Part shown: positions 13,757-25,394 of the stretch, one piece after another
How positions within the stretch are numbered: the first letter of the stretch is position 1
Layout of the letters: each line of letters begins with the position of its first letter
Source of the DNA: Nemertoderma westbladi
Lineage: Eukaryota > Animalia > Xenacoelomorpha
Assembly (NCBI GenBank): GCA_032718475.1
Contig: JAUCBJ010004647.1
Coordinates: 1 to 45,791 of the forward strand
Direction: 5' to 3'
Length of the DNA: 45,791 nt
Position numbers and translations under genes: made by a program
The notes under the pieces: model-generated
Told to the model about the DNA's origin: nothing
Databases searched by the model: none
What the model saw: the letters and a program-made list of their open reading frames with translations, nothing else

Positions 13757-14038
13757 ATGGCATCTCTAAATAATATAAAAATTGTATCATGGAATTGCAA
13801 TTCCATAAAACATCCAACATCGCAGAGAGTCATACAAGACTATTGCAATGTTGGTTGTGATATTATATTGCTGCAAGAACTTTGTATTCCTAAGCAGGAA
13901 TTATCTTTGCTGTCCCAATTACACCCACAATACTTAGGTAGTGGGGTGTCACCAGTATGCAATTCTGCCGGTATACTGTCTGGGCGTCCCTATGGTGGTG
14001 TAGCCATCCTGTATAACAATAAAATTTATCATGCTGTA
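13757..14038 (+). pseudogene. LINE ORF2 endonuclease, N-terminal part, interrupted by LTR element insertion
   Basis: SWNCNS, ILLQE, GRPYGGVAILY; joins 40821 in frame (KIYHAV|EILSSHNERF...) when the insert and one CTGTA copy are removed. Confidence 0.92.
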
Positions 14039-14164
14039 TATAGAATTATATTCCCTAAATGCCGTGGATTTTCAAAATTTTATTTTATTCGAATTAACTT
14101 TGTAAAGATTGCTTTGAGTTCTCATTCGTATTGGTTCTATCATTTGTACACCTATTGGTCAAGT

Positions 14165-14251
14165 GGTTCAGTAGCTCAGTCGGTAGAGCGTTGGAAATTA
14201 TATGTGTAGTAGGTATTGAGTTCGAATCCTAGTAAGTGCGAATTATTTTTT
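14165..14251 (+). ncRNA. tRNA-derived Pol III-type cassette inside the LTR
   Basis: A box TAGCTCAGTCGG (14172-14183) with intact D-stem GCTC/GAGC, B box GAGTTCGAATCC (14218-14229), T6 run (14246-14251); acceptor and anticodon stems do not fold, so not a true tRNA. Confidence 0.6.
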
Positions 14252-14304
14252 GTACAGAATTTCAACTCATTTAAATTAACCGCTACAAATTAATTGCATT
14301 TGTC

Positions 14305-14480
14305 TGTACCAATGAGACTGTAGTTATTTGATTGTAACCAATGTCGTGCAAGTTATATATTAGCTGGACCAATAGCTATCTTTAAAACCCCGTTAGAACC
14401 TATAGAACAATCGAGAATTTTCTCGATTGATTGCGGCACAAATTTAGTATATAAAGGTGCGATTTGTTCATTAGTTACCA
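14305..14480 (+). promoter_or_regulatory. Candidate LTR Pol II promoter
   Basis: Cluster of CCAAT boxes (about 14309, 14338, 14369), palindrome CAATCGAGAA-TT-TTCTCGATTG (14408-14429, HSE-like), TATATAAAG 14448-14456, Inr-like TCATTAGTT 14468-14476. Confidence 0.55.
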
Positions 14481-15941
14481 ATCTTATACTTTACAGATTA
14501 TATCTCACACACATCACTTCAATTCTGTCGTGCTTAGTTTATTTCAGATTACATTGTATTATAATTATATCTTCTGTAATAAAGTCAGAATTATCGCTAA
14601 TCTGCTTTTCTATCTGTTTTACCATGATTCACTACGGTGAACAAAGTTAAGGGACAGGATGGCCGGCTAGAGATCGGGCCGCAGCAATGAACGGGAACAT
14701 CACAGGAATGTAGACGAGAGACAACCCGCAATACCATCTTGAGTTATTCGCCCATCGCCTGAAAGGTTAGACAGCGTTCGACGCCTTGCTACCTAAGTAT
14801 AAGACCAAAAGATCAAAAGGTAGAAGTAGTGACACGCTGTGAGCCTAAAATTACACCTTAGGGACTGTACTGTCTTGATTCAGGAAAAACCACAGTAGAC
14901 CTTCACATTCCTATGGGGGGGGGGGGGGGGAGAGCAGGCAGATACTAGTACGCAGATAGGACGTAGGCACACCGGTACGAAGCATACAAATTGGTAGGGT
15001 GCAGCAAACTGTACGCCTAACTCTTGCTAAGTACAGGTGTGTGTGCGACTATTTGTAGTACGACAGTGTCCATTGCATTAGAACTTGTAGGCTAGGGGTG
15101 TTGCTGTGTTTTCACCTGAATTGGGATTGTACCGTTCAGGCGGTAGGGCAGTTTACAGCTAGGCGCAAATAAATTGAGGCTATTAGGGATATACTAACAT
15201 CTACCGTGTCCCCGCCAACGCCCTAATAGGAAGTTACCCGGACTACCTGGGTGACTAAAATTCTAGATAGGAGCCAGGATAGCTATTAGTAACTGTACGC
15301 CTACAGTAGTAAACTAACACATCTCTTCTTAGTATCAGGGACCTGGTACCTAAAATTGCCGAATTCTGGGCGTAGCATTAACCCTATGCCTGAATTTGAG
15401 TCCTGGAAATACGCAAGAGGGGAAGGAACCTTATCATTCGTGAGTATTGGACCTACAAGTTACAAAATTAGAATATTCGTAAAATGCACACCGTACCCAG
15501 TAATTATATATGTGAAGGAGCAAAACTGCTTTGACCGTTCAGAATTAACACACGCGCGTTAGAAATTATTTACACCTCAAAATATATAAAATTAACTTTG
15601 TCCGTACTGTGCTTTGCCCGCTAGTTAGACATCTCCAAATCTCTGCCTGTACCTAGCTAGCGTCTCTTCGCCCAACCATATAAATCACACCGCGGCAAAG
15701 TGTACGAGCCCCTTAGTCCGTCAGTGAGTCAGCCTGATTTTAGGATTCGCTGCGCGGGATTTGTTTTATCGAAGTTTGTCTGCTCGTAGACTGTTTTCTG
15801 CCTCACCGGTTATAAGAGATCGATACTGCAATATATTCGCTTACTTAGAGTTTACTGTTTTGGTGAGAAGGTCGGATTTATGATTTGATTCACAAACTTT
15901 ACAGTAGGATATTGCAGGTATTGTTACCGTCTCTTCCAATA

Positions 15942-15952
15942 GTAGGAATGTG
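15942..15952 (+). promoter_or_regulatory. Non-tRNA primer-binding site of element A
   Basis: GTAGGAATGTG abuts the 5' LTR; reverse complement CACATTCCTAC at 39786-39796 (CACATTCCTAT at 14904-14914). Confidence 0.7.
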
Positions 15953-16756
15953 TTTTACTGAACTACGGTTCGGTAGGACTAAAGTTATTTGAAAATTTTG
16001 TATTTTGAGGTAAAAGTTTGTATTTGATTAGCTAAGTGCTAATTTTTTGAAATAAAAATTTGATTTGAACCGCGTGTAAAATATTTTTGGAATTGAATAC
16101 CGGTGTTTAAAAAGGGGTTTAAATACCATATTGTACCGGTACAAAATTTTTCGTAAAAGTAAAACCTAACTCTTTTGTTTTTTCAGGATTCAGAACTCAT
16201 TTCTAGACTGTAACGGGTGCAAGACCGTGTTTAGCAAGTTTGGGAGATAGATAACTCAACAACTTTGGTTGGGAAAATCGCGTTTCGTCCGCAACGCTGA
16301 AAACGGAAAGGTTCACGTCCGGTTTGTATCTGGGAATCTGTTTTTCTGGAGAATTATTGGAGTGGGTGAGTTCGAAAAGTTGCATAAATAAGTTAGGCAT
16401 TACCGTATTAGTTAAAATTATTGTGGGTTCCACTGTCTCAAGTATTTATGCATTCCGTATGATTTCTTTGTTCATTGCTGAATTAGTCCGTATTATTGTA
16501 TTTAATTTACCTTTTGATAACGCATATCGTTATCCGATTTATTTGTTATAAAATTGGCCGCTAGGCTAATTTTATTATATACTTATTCCGTGACATTTAT
16601 TTGCTGTAAAATTGGCCGTTTTAGGCTAATTTTATCCATCTGCTATAAAATCGGCCGGTAGGCTAATTTTATATGACTGTAATTAGTACCGTTTAGATAT
16701 AAAAACGGTAAGTTTGATACTTTGACACTCACTTTACTTGACTTACAACTACCGAA

Positions 16757-19700
16757 ATGAGTGACAAACAAGACTATACGAAGAACACACCTACCAACTA
16801 TGACTCGTGTGACGCGGATAAGTCAGCAGCGGAGGAACAACAGGGGAAGACTCGCGAGCCTACCGAACCTACACCGTGTGCGTCACCAGTACATCCAACG
16901 GGAGTACCGGATGCCGTAGTACGAGGCGACGGCAGGACCGAGGACTTTCTAACTGTTCCGCAACCTAGATACAGGGAAACGGACATGGTAAGTTCAGCAG
17001 GAAGTCAGGAGAGCGTGGTTAGAAGCGTCGGTGGATACATGGCGCATATTACCAGGAGTATTGGAGAAGGCCAACGCATATTAGACGGGTTGACCGCTCC
17101 GATGTCTCGATTCGAGTTCTACACCCTCCAGGTTAGAGTACAGAGTAAAGTATATAAGTCCGTAGATAATGTAGTTGGCCTACAAGATCTAGCTAGACAG
17201 AGACAGGACATGGATACTCAACTTAGAATCCTCGGGAAACTAATGATCGCTAGAGAGAAACTGATTCAGTTTAAGTCGACGATTAGACAGATACAACAGG
17301 AACAAGCGGACCAGTTGTTAGGTGAGTCAGTTTCGGACGAATTATTACAGCCCGAGGAAGAACAGGAACTGTACCGACTGGATGGACAATTGAAACATCT
17401 GACGGACCACTTACGTATGTGCGGCGAAGACGTCGGCGATTTGGAAACCGTGCCGGAATATACGAGGGAAACTTCACCCGTACGAATCGAATCGGCACCG
17501 GGAATACTGGACCAATCGTTAGTGAGTATTCGCAGCGAAATTGGCGAGATAAGTATCGTGACGTCAGAAATTTCCAGACAGCAACAACAACATGATAGAC
17601 AACAACGGGAAGCGGAGGAACAAGCTCAATTGTTGATGGCACAAGCGGCGGTAGAAGAAGAAAAACTACGTGTTGCGAATGTTGCAAGAATCTCTCATCT
17701 GCAAGAACAAGCCGAGTTGGAAGCGGCCGAGATGGAAAGGTTGGAGTTGGACATCACCCAACAAGCGGCAGCGGCCGAGTTAGCGCAACGAACGGCAGCA
17801 GCCAAGTTAGAGCGACAAACGGCAGCAGCAGCGGCTGAGTTAGAGCGACAGAGGTTAGTATCAGAAGCGAGAGCCGAGATGAAAAAACGGCAAATAAAGG
17901 CTCAATCAGCTATATGACAAGCGGAGTTTGAGGCGCAACAACAACAGACGGAACAACGCGAGAAGGAAGTTAAACTTCATTTCGAACTCGGGAAGAAGGC
18001 GAGAGAATTAGCCAACGCGAAGGAAAATCTGGATCTACAAGCCCGCGATCGATCGATGAGATCTCGAGACGGACATGACTTGGACCAGATAGAGGTAAGA
18101 CATCGCCAAATTCAGGAACGGAAGAAGGAAGGAAGCGTAGGAGCACCCGGACGGGAACGACAATTAGTAAAGGACTTGTGTCAACGATTCCCACAGGTAA
18201 CTCATATGTTTGCACCGGTTACGACTAAGGAACCTGTTTCGATTGCGGGTAGTAGTAACATTTCTCCTATCCATGGTGCGACGGAACACAGGTTTGTTAT
18301 TCCGGACGAGTTTACACCGCCAAGAGCAACGTCGTCGCCTATTCCGAAAGTCAAGGTAAGTAACCCACCGATTACAGATCGTAGTAGTTTGTTGACTGGA
18401 CCTGCACTACTGACGACAAAACAGGTGAGTCCACCGTCGACACCTAAACCTGTTACACACTACGCTTACCCAATGACGTTTAGGCCAACAAGGCCTTTGG
18501 ATTCAAACGCTGTCATTCGCCCACCGGTTCAGTTCACATCGCAATCTACGACTTCGAGGAAGACTTGTGAGCCTACCGAACAACGGAGATCAGTGGACGG
18601 TGTTCCGAAACGAAACGTGAGAATTCGTACGACGCAACGGACGCGAGCACGTCGACCACCATATCCAGATGATAGTAGTACTTCGAGCGAATCGGATTAC
18701 CCGAAACGCGAGGTATTTAGAACAGGGGCGGCCGATGAATATAAACGCGAGCGTTCAGACAACTCCTTTGCAGACAATCCTCCACAGAATACACCAACAC
18801 AGAAGGCGTTACAACCAACGGACGCAATAAGTACACAACAGTTCGCCGACATCCTGCGACCAGTTGTTAACAAGTTGGCTCAGATCGAGGAACGTCTGGA
18901 GGAAGGTTACACCGACAGTTCGAGAAATTCTGAATTCGAACACAACAGACACCCGAAGGAACCACAAAGACCGGTACCTTCAAACCCCACATCGTATCAG
19001 GGAAAAGCGCCAAGAAGGGATATCAACATTACCAACCAAGGACGCGAAACTCTGAACGTTGCCGAGGAGATAGCGTAATTCGCAGCCAGACAAGGATTGC
19101 CGGTGCAACAACCACCGAAGTTTTCCGGTAGCTAAAAACACTGGCATACTTTCGTAGACTATATCGAATCCCAGATCGCCGTGTGCGCCTTTACATCACG
19201 GGAGAAGTTCAATTACCTGCTCCAAACGTTGTCAGGAGAACCTAAACGTTTGGCAGAGACCTTCGTTGGTGTACCAGACGCCTTCGAATTAGCGTACGAT
19301 CGTTTAACTTCGATATACGGAGGTACAGTCAGTATGGCCAGGTCAGTAATAGAGGAACTCTGTAAGGGAGGGGCTATTACTAAACCCGTCGACTTATTAA
19401 AACTGGCCGACGAGATAAAGAACGCTATCACTACTTTAAGATCCATTGGACAACTTGACTACGGGAATACCCCTACAGTCCTATTAAAGATCATAGGACG
19501 ACTCCACCATCGACTTCGTCGGGAGTGGAGAAAGGTCGAATACCAGCGAGAAGAGCGGGGTGGATTCTTAAAATTAGAAGATGTGTACCTTTTAATATCC
19601 AGGGAGGCAGTAGTAGAAACTCGATCTAACTACACTGACCAGCACATCGTGGCAGAAGGAATCACATTGCCATCCTCCAACCGACAAAAACCCCAGACAA

Positions 19701-22700
19701 CATCCACCAAGACGGCCACTTACGCCACATCGACGGAAACCCGACAATTCTCGGACGGTAGTAGAGTATCTGCGCCCATTGGGACAAAACAGACGAGACA
19801 GCAACTTGGTACCGACTTCAGTGGCTGCCAATACTGCGAGCATTTAGGCAAGCGGTATATCGGTCACAAGTTACGAGGTTGTCGACAATTTCGCGAGTTG
19901 AACTCGGAAGAACGACGGCTGCAAATACGGCCATTGGACTCTTGTTGGCGGTGTACGCGACACGGACACGTCCGTAAAGATTGCCCAAATACCGACACTT
20001 GTCCATCCTGTGGACGCAACCACGACGGTCTGCTCCACACAGACAGCCACACGCCGACAAAACGCTTCGCCAGGGAACACCCGGAAGCAGCAGCGAGATG
20101 TGATGCGGCCTACAGAAAACGAGAATCGAAAACGACTCCAACCTTCGTGACCCATATTGAGGATTGCTTCTCAGAACAATCCGGATCGTCGGACGAAGAG
20201 TTAGAAGACGACGACGAATATTCCAATGGAGACGAACAACCGTCGATCGCGCTTCTGACTACTGACCAACTGAAGGGATTCAGTGTAATTCCGATTAAGA
20301 TTACTGGCACAAAGGGGAGTAAGAGAATCTACGCGATTCTAGATTCAGCCTCATCTCACAGTTACGTGGATGAAAAGATAGCTGACGTCGTGACGGATCT
20401 CAGACAAGGTAAGCGCGTCAGTTATACCGTAAGTAGTATGCACGGACAGCGTGCAATACCAGTGACACGAGTCAAGTTAAACTTAGACTCTCTTCTTCCG
20501 AAATCGCAACACAGCGAGAGGGAGAGGTCTTTGTTACCCTTTAAAGATCTAACCTTTGCGGCCACGAAGGACTTTAGTAACCTACTAGGTCCAGTGCCGG
20601 AACAATCTCTAGAGGACCGTAAGTATTTCAGACACCTTGGTGTACCCGAATGTCCTGTCAATTATAGATCGGTAGCCATGCTGATCGGGACAGACCAATT
20701 CAACCTACATCAGGTGTGGGAAACCAGACCATCGGCAGTCGTAGCGGGAAACGCATACGCCTGCAGAACGCCGATAGGGTGGTATACTCGAGCGCCTGTG
20801 CGCACACTAGACGTAAGTGACGAGGAAGATGATGTACAAAGTACATGTAGTTTATTAACTACAAATTCAATTCATTCCTTCTCACACGACGTGAACCATA
20901 CTACACTACAGTCGACAAAACGTGACAGACGTGTGACTAGTATGATAAGTCACAAGGAGCAGCTAACCCACCAGGTGAGTTTAGAACTTGGGGAGAAGAC
21001 GAGTCAGCTAGAGATTCCATCGACGACAGATGATAACGCCGGAAGGCTTGCGAGTCTACCTACCCCAACGACCTCAACAATGCCCGTCGATACAAAGAAA
21101 AAGACGACGGCGGCGAAACTCAAGAAAAAACCGAAGGCGAAATGGAAAGATATAACTTCAAAGGTCAAGAGAGGAAGACTTGCGAGCCTTTCTACAACAG
21201 ACATATCGCCAGACGGTCAACCAGACACGTTACTAGACAGCCAACCAGACATTTTACCAGACATATCACAAAATGTTCTACCAGACATTAGTAACGCACT
21301 GACAAACAGTAAAGCCGCAGTTTCTCTATTGGAGCGGCCTTCTATTGACAAACAACCAGATACGTTACCAGACGTATCGCCAGACACATTACTAGACAGT
21401 CGACTAGACACTAGTAACGTACTGACAAATAGTGAAGCCGCAGTTTCCCTATTGGAGCGGCCTTGTATTGACAAACTACCAATTTTGACACACTTGAGCA
21501 ACCATAAGCACGGTGAAACCTCATGTATTACAGATGTGGGTAGTACCTACGCTAATGTAAATACAGGTGTTACTTTGCGCTCATGAGACATACCGAACTT
21601 GCAACCTATGGTGAAACCTGGGATTAATATCGGCAGAAAAATAAGCTTACCGAAACCCACTGACCCCATAGAGTTCAAACCACCATTAACGATCGACTTA
21701 CAAAGTACTGACAATCAAGGTAAGAAGACAAAGAAGGACAAATTACTTGTAGACCCGGACGGATCAACAGTCAACAAGGGAATACTTACTGGCGGACCCG
21801 TGGGCCCTTCTAGTAAATCAAAACCTTCCAAAATCTCCATTGACTTACCTGATGACGTCACAAATACTTACGTCGACCGTATTGTAAACCTAACAGATTC
21901 TTGGACAAACGCTTGCCGAAAATTAGCGTGGATTGTACGTTTTGTACAATACGTTAAAGGCAAACGTGACTTTACACGTCGACTTACATTGGCTGAGATT
22001 GACAGGTGTGAGATTAAATTAATTCGTCATTACCAACTGCGATATTTCGCGCGCGAATTCACATCTATAAATCAAGGTCAACCAATCAAGTCGTCACCAA
22101 TACTGAGTTGGAGTCCGATTATTTATAATGGCTTAATTTGTCATAAATCTCGGCTTCAAAACATTGACTTTAACACGAACTTTAGGTACCCAATAATAAT
22201 ACCGCAACACCACGAACTACAACGTGCAATGATACTGGACGCACATTTACATCTGAAACACGCTGGAAGACACCACTGTCTTTCCTACTTACGTACTAGA
22301 TTTGTATTAATTAGACCCAGTAAAGCGTTAAGTTCAGTGACACGTACGTGTATTATTTGTAAAAAGGTACATTCTAGAATAGGTACCCAAGAAATGAGTG
22401 AACTACCACAAGCACGACTTCAAGCATTCAGACCACCTTTTACAGAGACTGGAATTGATTGCTTTGGTCCCATACATACGAAACGTGGACGCATACTAGT
22501 AAAACGCTGGGGACTGATTTTCACATGTATGTCCAGTAGGGCAGTTCACATTGAACGTGTGATGGATCTTTCCACCAACGCGTTTATACTAGCACTGCGG
22601 CGATTTATCGCTAGACGCGGACTAGTGAAATGCTTGTACTCAGACCAAGGGACAAACTTTGTTGGTGCTCGGAATGAGATCGCTAGAGCCTTTAAGAAAT

Positions 22701-23380
22701 TAGATCATGATCAAATCTCGAACGAACTACAACCTCACAAGATTGTTTGGAAGTTTAATCCTCCAGATAGTCCATGGAGAGGCGGAGTCTGGGAGAGATT
22801 GATTAGATCTATCAAGACAGCCATGGCAAAGGTCATTCCAGTAAACCACATACTGACAGACGACCAACTGACAACATTGTTTGTTGAAATCGAGGCAATA
22901 CTAAATACTAGACCAATAGTATTAGTACCCGATGACAAACAATCTCAGTTTGCTTTGACACCGGCACACCTGCTTATGCAGGCACCGACTACTTTGACGC
23001 CGATTTCTATTCCAATAGAAAGCGACAGCTACGGTAGAAAAGCGTGGAAAATCACGCAACTACTAGCTAACAAATTCTAGGAAATATGGCAAAACCATTA
23101 TTTGCCCTCTATTTCTGCCAGAACAACTTGGTACAATAACACCCGCGCATTAAAGCCGGGAGATCACGTGCTGTTAGCGGAAGTGAATCTAAAAAGACGC
23201 TTCTGGATAACAGGTGTAATTTTAGCCACACATCCATCTATGGATGGAGTGACAAGAACTGTGACGGTACGGACAATTGACGGTCGTACAGTAGACAGAC
23301 CGACTCAACGTCTCGTACTTCTTGAAGAGACTCGTAATGAGTCTGGAGACTACAAATCTCCAACTAGTATTAGTAAATAA
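16757..23380 (+). pseudogene. gag-pol: Element A Gag-protease-linker-integrase polyprotein; one frame with 5 premature stops; no RT/RNase H
   Basis: ORFs 16757, 18056, 19181, 21599 and 23102 share a frame; EKFNYLLQTLSGEP, three BEL-type Cys/His knuckles (CQYC..H..C, CWRCTRHGHVRKDC, CPSCGRNHDGLLH), protease ILDSAS, integrase HHCC and GIDCFGP / SDQGTNF / GGVWERL, DUF5641-like tail. Confidence 0.93.
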
Positions 23381-24041
23381 TTAGGAGTTTACAAATAGAT
23401 TTCCACGTACCTGTACACCGTAGTAAGGACAGCGGTAGAATTCCATTGTCTTTATATGTGAACATTGAGGGTAGTACCCTTATGTATCACATAGGAGCGG
23501 GATTTGTAGGTATAAGAAATGGAATTCTACTTGGAACTCACAATATTGAGACATTTTCGAAATTTTAGACAATCCATTTGGATTTGAAAATTTTAAAATT
23601 TTCTCCAGTGAATAGATTTCAGGGTACAGTCGGGTGGAACTTAAAATTAGAGAAACAAGAGAGGAAGACTTGCGAGCCTTTCTTAAAATTTTAATTAAAT
23701 TTTACACGGTCTTGTTTCAATAAGTTACGTCAATAAATAGACTCCCCTATATTTATTACTAATTCTTGATTGCTTATTTTCTGATAATAGTTTGGGATCA
23801 AAAAGTGAGTATTTTAGACTCACGGCCAGTTTAGCCCAAATTCGTTTTTATTTCGGCAAAAAATTTTAGATAAGAAGCAGCGTGTCATTAAAGAAACCCT
23901 AGATCTTAGGCTATGGGTAGGAGGTTAGAGCGTTGTCGAGCCAAAAGGGCAGACGAAAACTCTCACGTCTCCTCACAACTAACTACAAACTCTGTTGTAT
24001 TCCCTCTAGTAGCAATGATTATGTAACCATTACTTCCAATA

Positions 24042-25394
24042 ATGGAGAAGGGGATACATGGAGAGCCGAGATGGGGATATGATATCCAAGAGGAAGCAGC
24101 AGCGCCATTCGAAAGATTTGGAGCCAAGGACTATACTATATTCGGTATAAAGGAATTATCGGAAAGTACAGCGAAACTCGCGAGAACTAAATATGACTCA
24201 AACGTATTAAAGAGAAGACAAAACGCATTAAACGAAAGAATCGAAAGTTTGCGTCAAACCTTCAATGAACTTTACCCGTACGACGCTTTGTGTGATACGG
24301 GAGACATTAGCGAAGACCCCGATACTGAAATTAGTCGTTTGTATCATACCATGCAATACCTAAAGGCGCACGAACCTATGCCCGCGGTACGCGATGAATT
24401 CGATGGAATGCATCTTTACAGACGAACTCGAAGGGACGATAGAGAAACCAAGGAAGCATTTTCAGTTTATAAACTTTATTATCAATGCGGTTCTTGTATG
24501 CGCGAACAACGAAATGCGATTCCGATGCGTTTGAATAAGGAAAATCCCGAACCGATATTGGCGAGGTGTTCGAACCATCAACAACTATGTTACCCTATGA
24601 AGGAGAACGTATCGTGGAGATTACGGAAGAATCACGGCAGACGCGCGCACCTATCGGTCACCTTGGTGATGATTTCGAAGTAACTACTACGATCACTGAC
24701 GATCCTTTAGAGGAACTTCTTGAGATAGAAAGGAACCTCCCGAAGAAATCTCAGACGGAGATTCGACAACTTGAAGCAACAGATGCTATAGTTTGTATAC
24801 AACCTTCAGAAACCTACCAACCCATAGACCCAGATGATTACGATTATAGTGTGGGAGGAAGCGCTCGACCGATTGGAGATCTTATATACGAACGAGTGTG
24901 GTACCCTGCCAATACGATGTGTAGTAAATGTGGCGTCGCTGGACATCATATGACAAAGTGTAGTGGAAAGCACATTACTACGACTCAGCTAATCTGTGGA
25001 TGGTGTGGGGATCAAGGGTCTCATACCTTTTATACTTGCTGGAGATTTATGGCTCAATGTACTTACTGCAATATAAAGGGACATCGAGCATCTGAATGCC
25101 AACTAAGAGACATACCTTATGAACACGAATCTGTAAAACTCGTGAGGAAATTATTTGATGAGTGGGAAGATTTAGCCGACGAACATGTATCAGCACAAAG
25201 AAGACGGTTTCCGATGAGAGCGCATCTTGGATTTTGGGCGGTAAATCCTCAAACGATGATGTCGGAAGGATATATCTCCGCTATGCCCCAATATGACGAA
25301 CTTATCGAGGTTGTCGATATTTTGCCCCACGACAGCGGATTCCGAGTGGTGCGCGAGTATCTATTACAAATTCACCCGGATAACAAAACACGTG
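24042..25394 (+). pseudogene. Extra ORF3 of element A, N-terminal part: zinc-knuckle protein
   Basis: Overlapping ORFs 24042-24683 and 24566-25399; CGSC..CSNH plus CSKCGVAGHHMTKC, CGWCGDQGSHTFYTC, CTYCNIKGHRASEC; upstream branch point CTAAC 23979 and acceptor AG 24008-24009. Confidence 0.75.

Larger units (their letters stand above)
14039..15941 (+). repeat. 5' LTR of element A (1903 bp, TATAG...CAATA)
   Basis: By eye differs from 38921-40815 by about 3 substitutions and a G16 vs G8 run. Confidence 0.97.

Noticed and set aside
14035-14040. Canonical TG start for element A at 14035
   Set aside because: That TG is part of the CTGTA TSD; the 3' LTR has GCGG at the equivalent position
14165-14240. 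Functional tRNA gene
   Set aside because: Only the D arm and T loop are recognisable; acceptor and anticodon stems do not pair
14880-14990. Hammerhead or other known ribozyme at the putative primer cleavage site
   Set aside because: No CUGANGA/GAAA core or other known ribozyme consensus seen by eye in either LTR; such cleavage would also leave a cyclic phosphate rather than a priming 3'-OH
15356-15562. Short ORFs inside LTRs (also 40230-40436, 26071-26265, 36886-37080)
   Set aside because: Duplicated only because the LTRs are duplicated; no recognisable motifs
17915-23080. Programmed read-through or alternative genetic code explaining the in-frame stops
   Set aside because: All three stop types occur, and most look like point mutations of expected codons (for example TGG to TAG in KFW, CGA to TGA)
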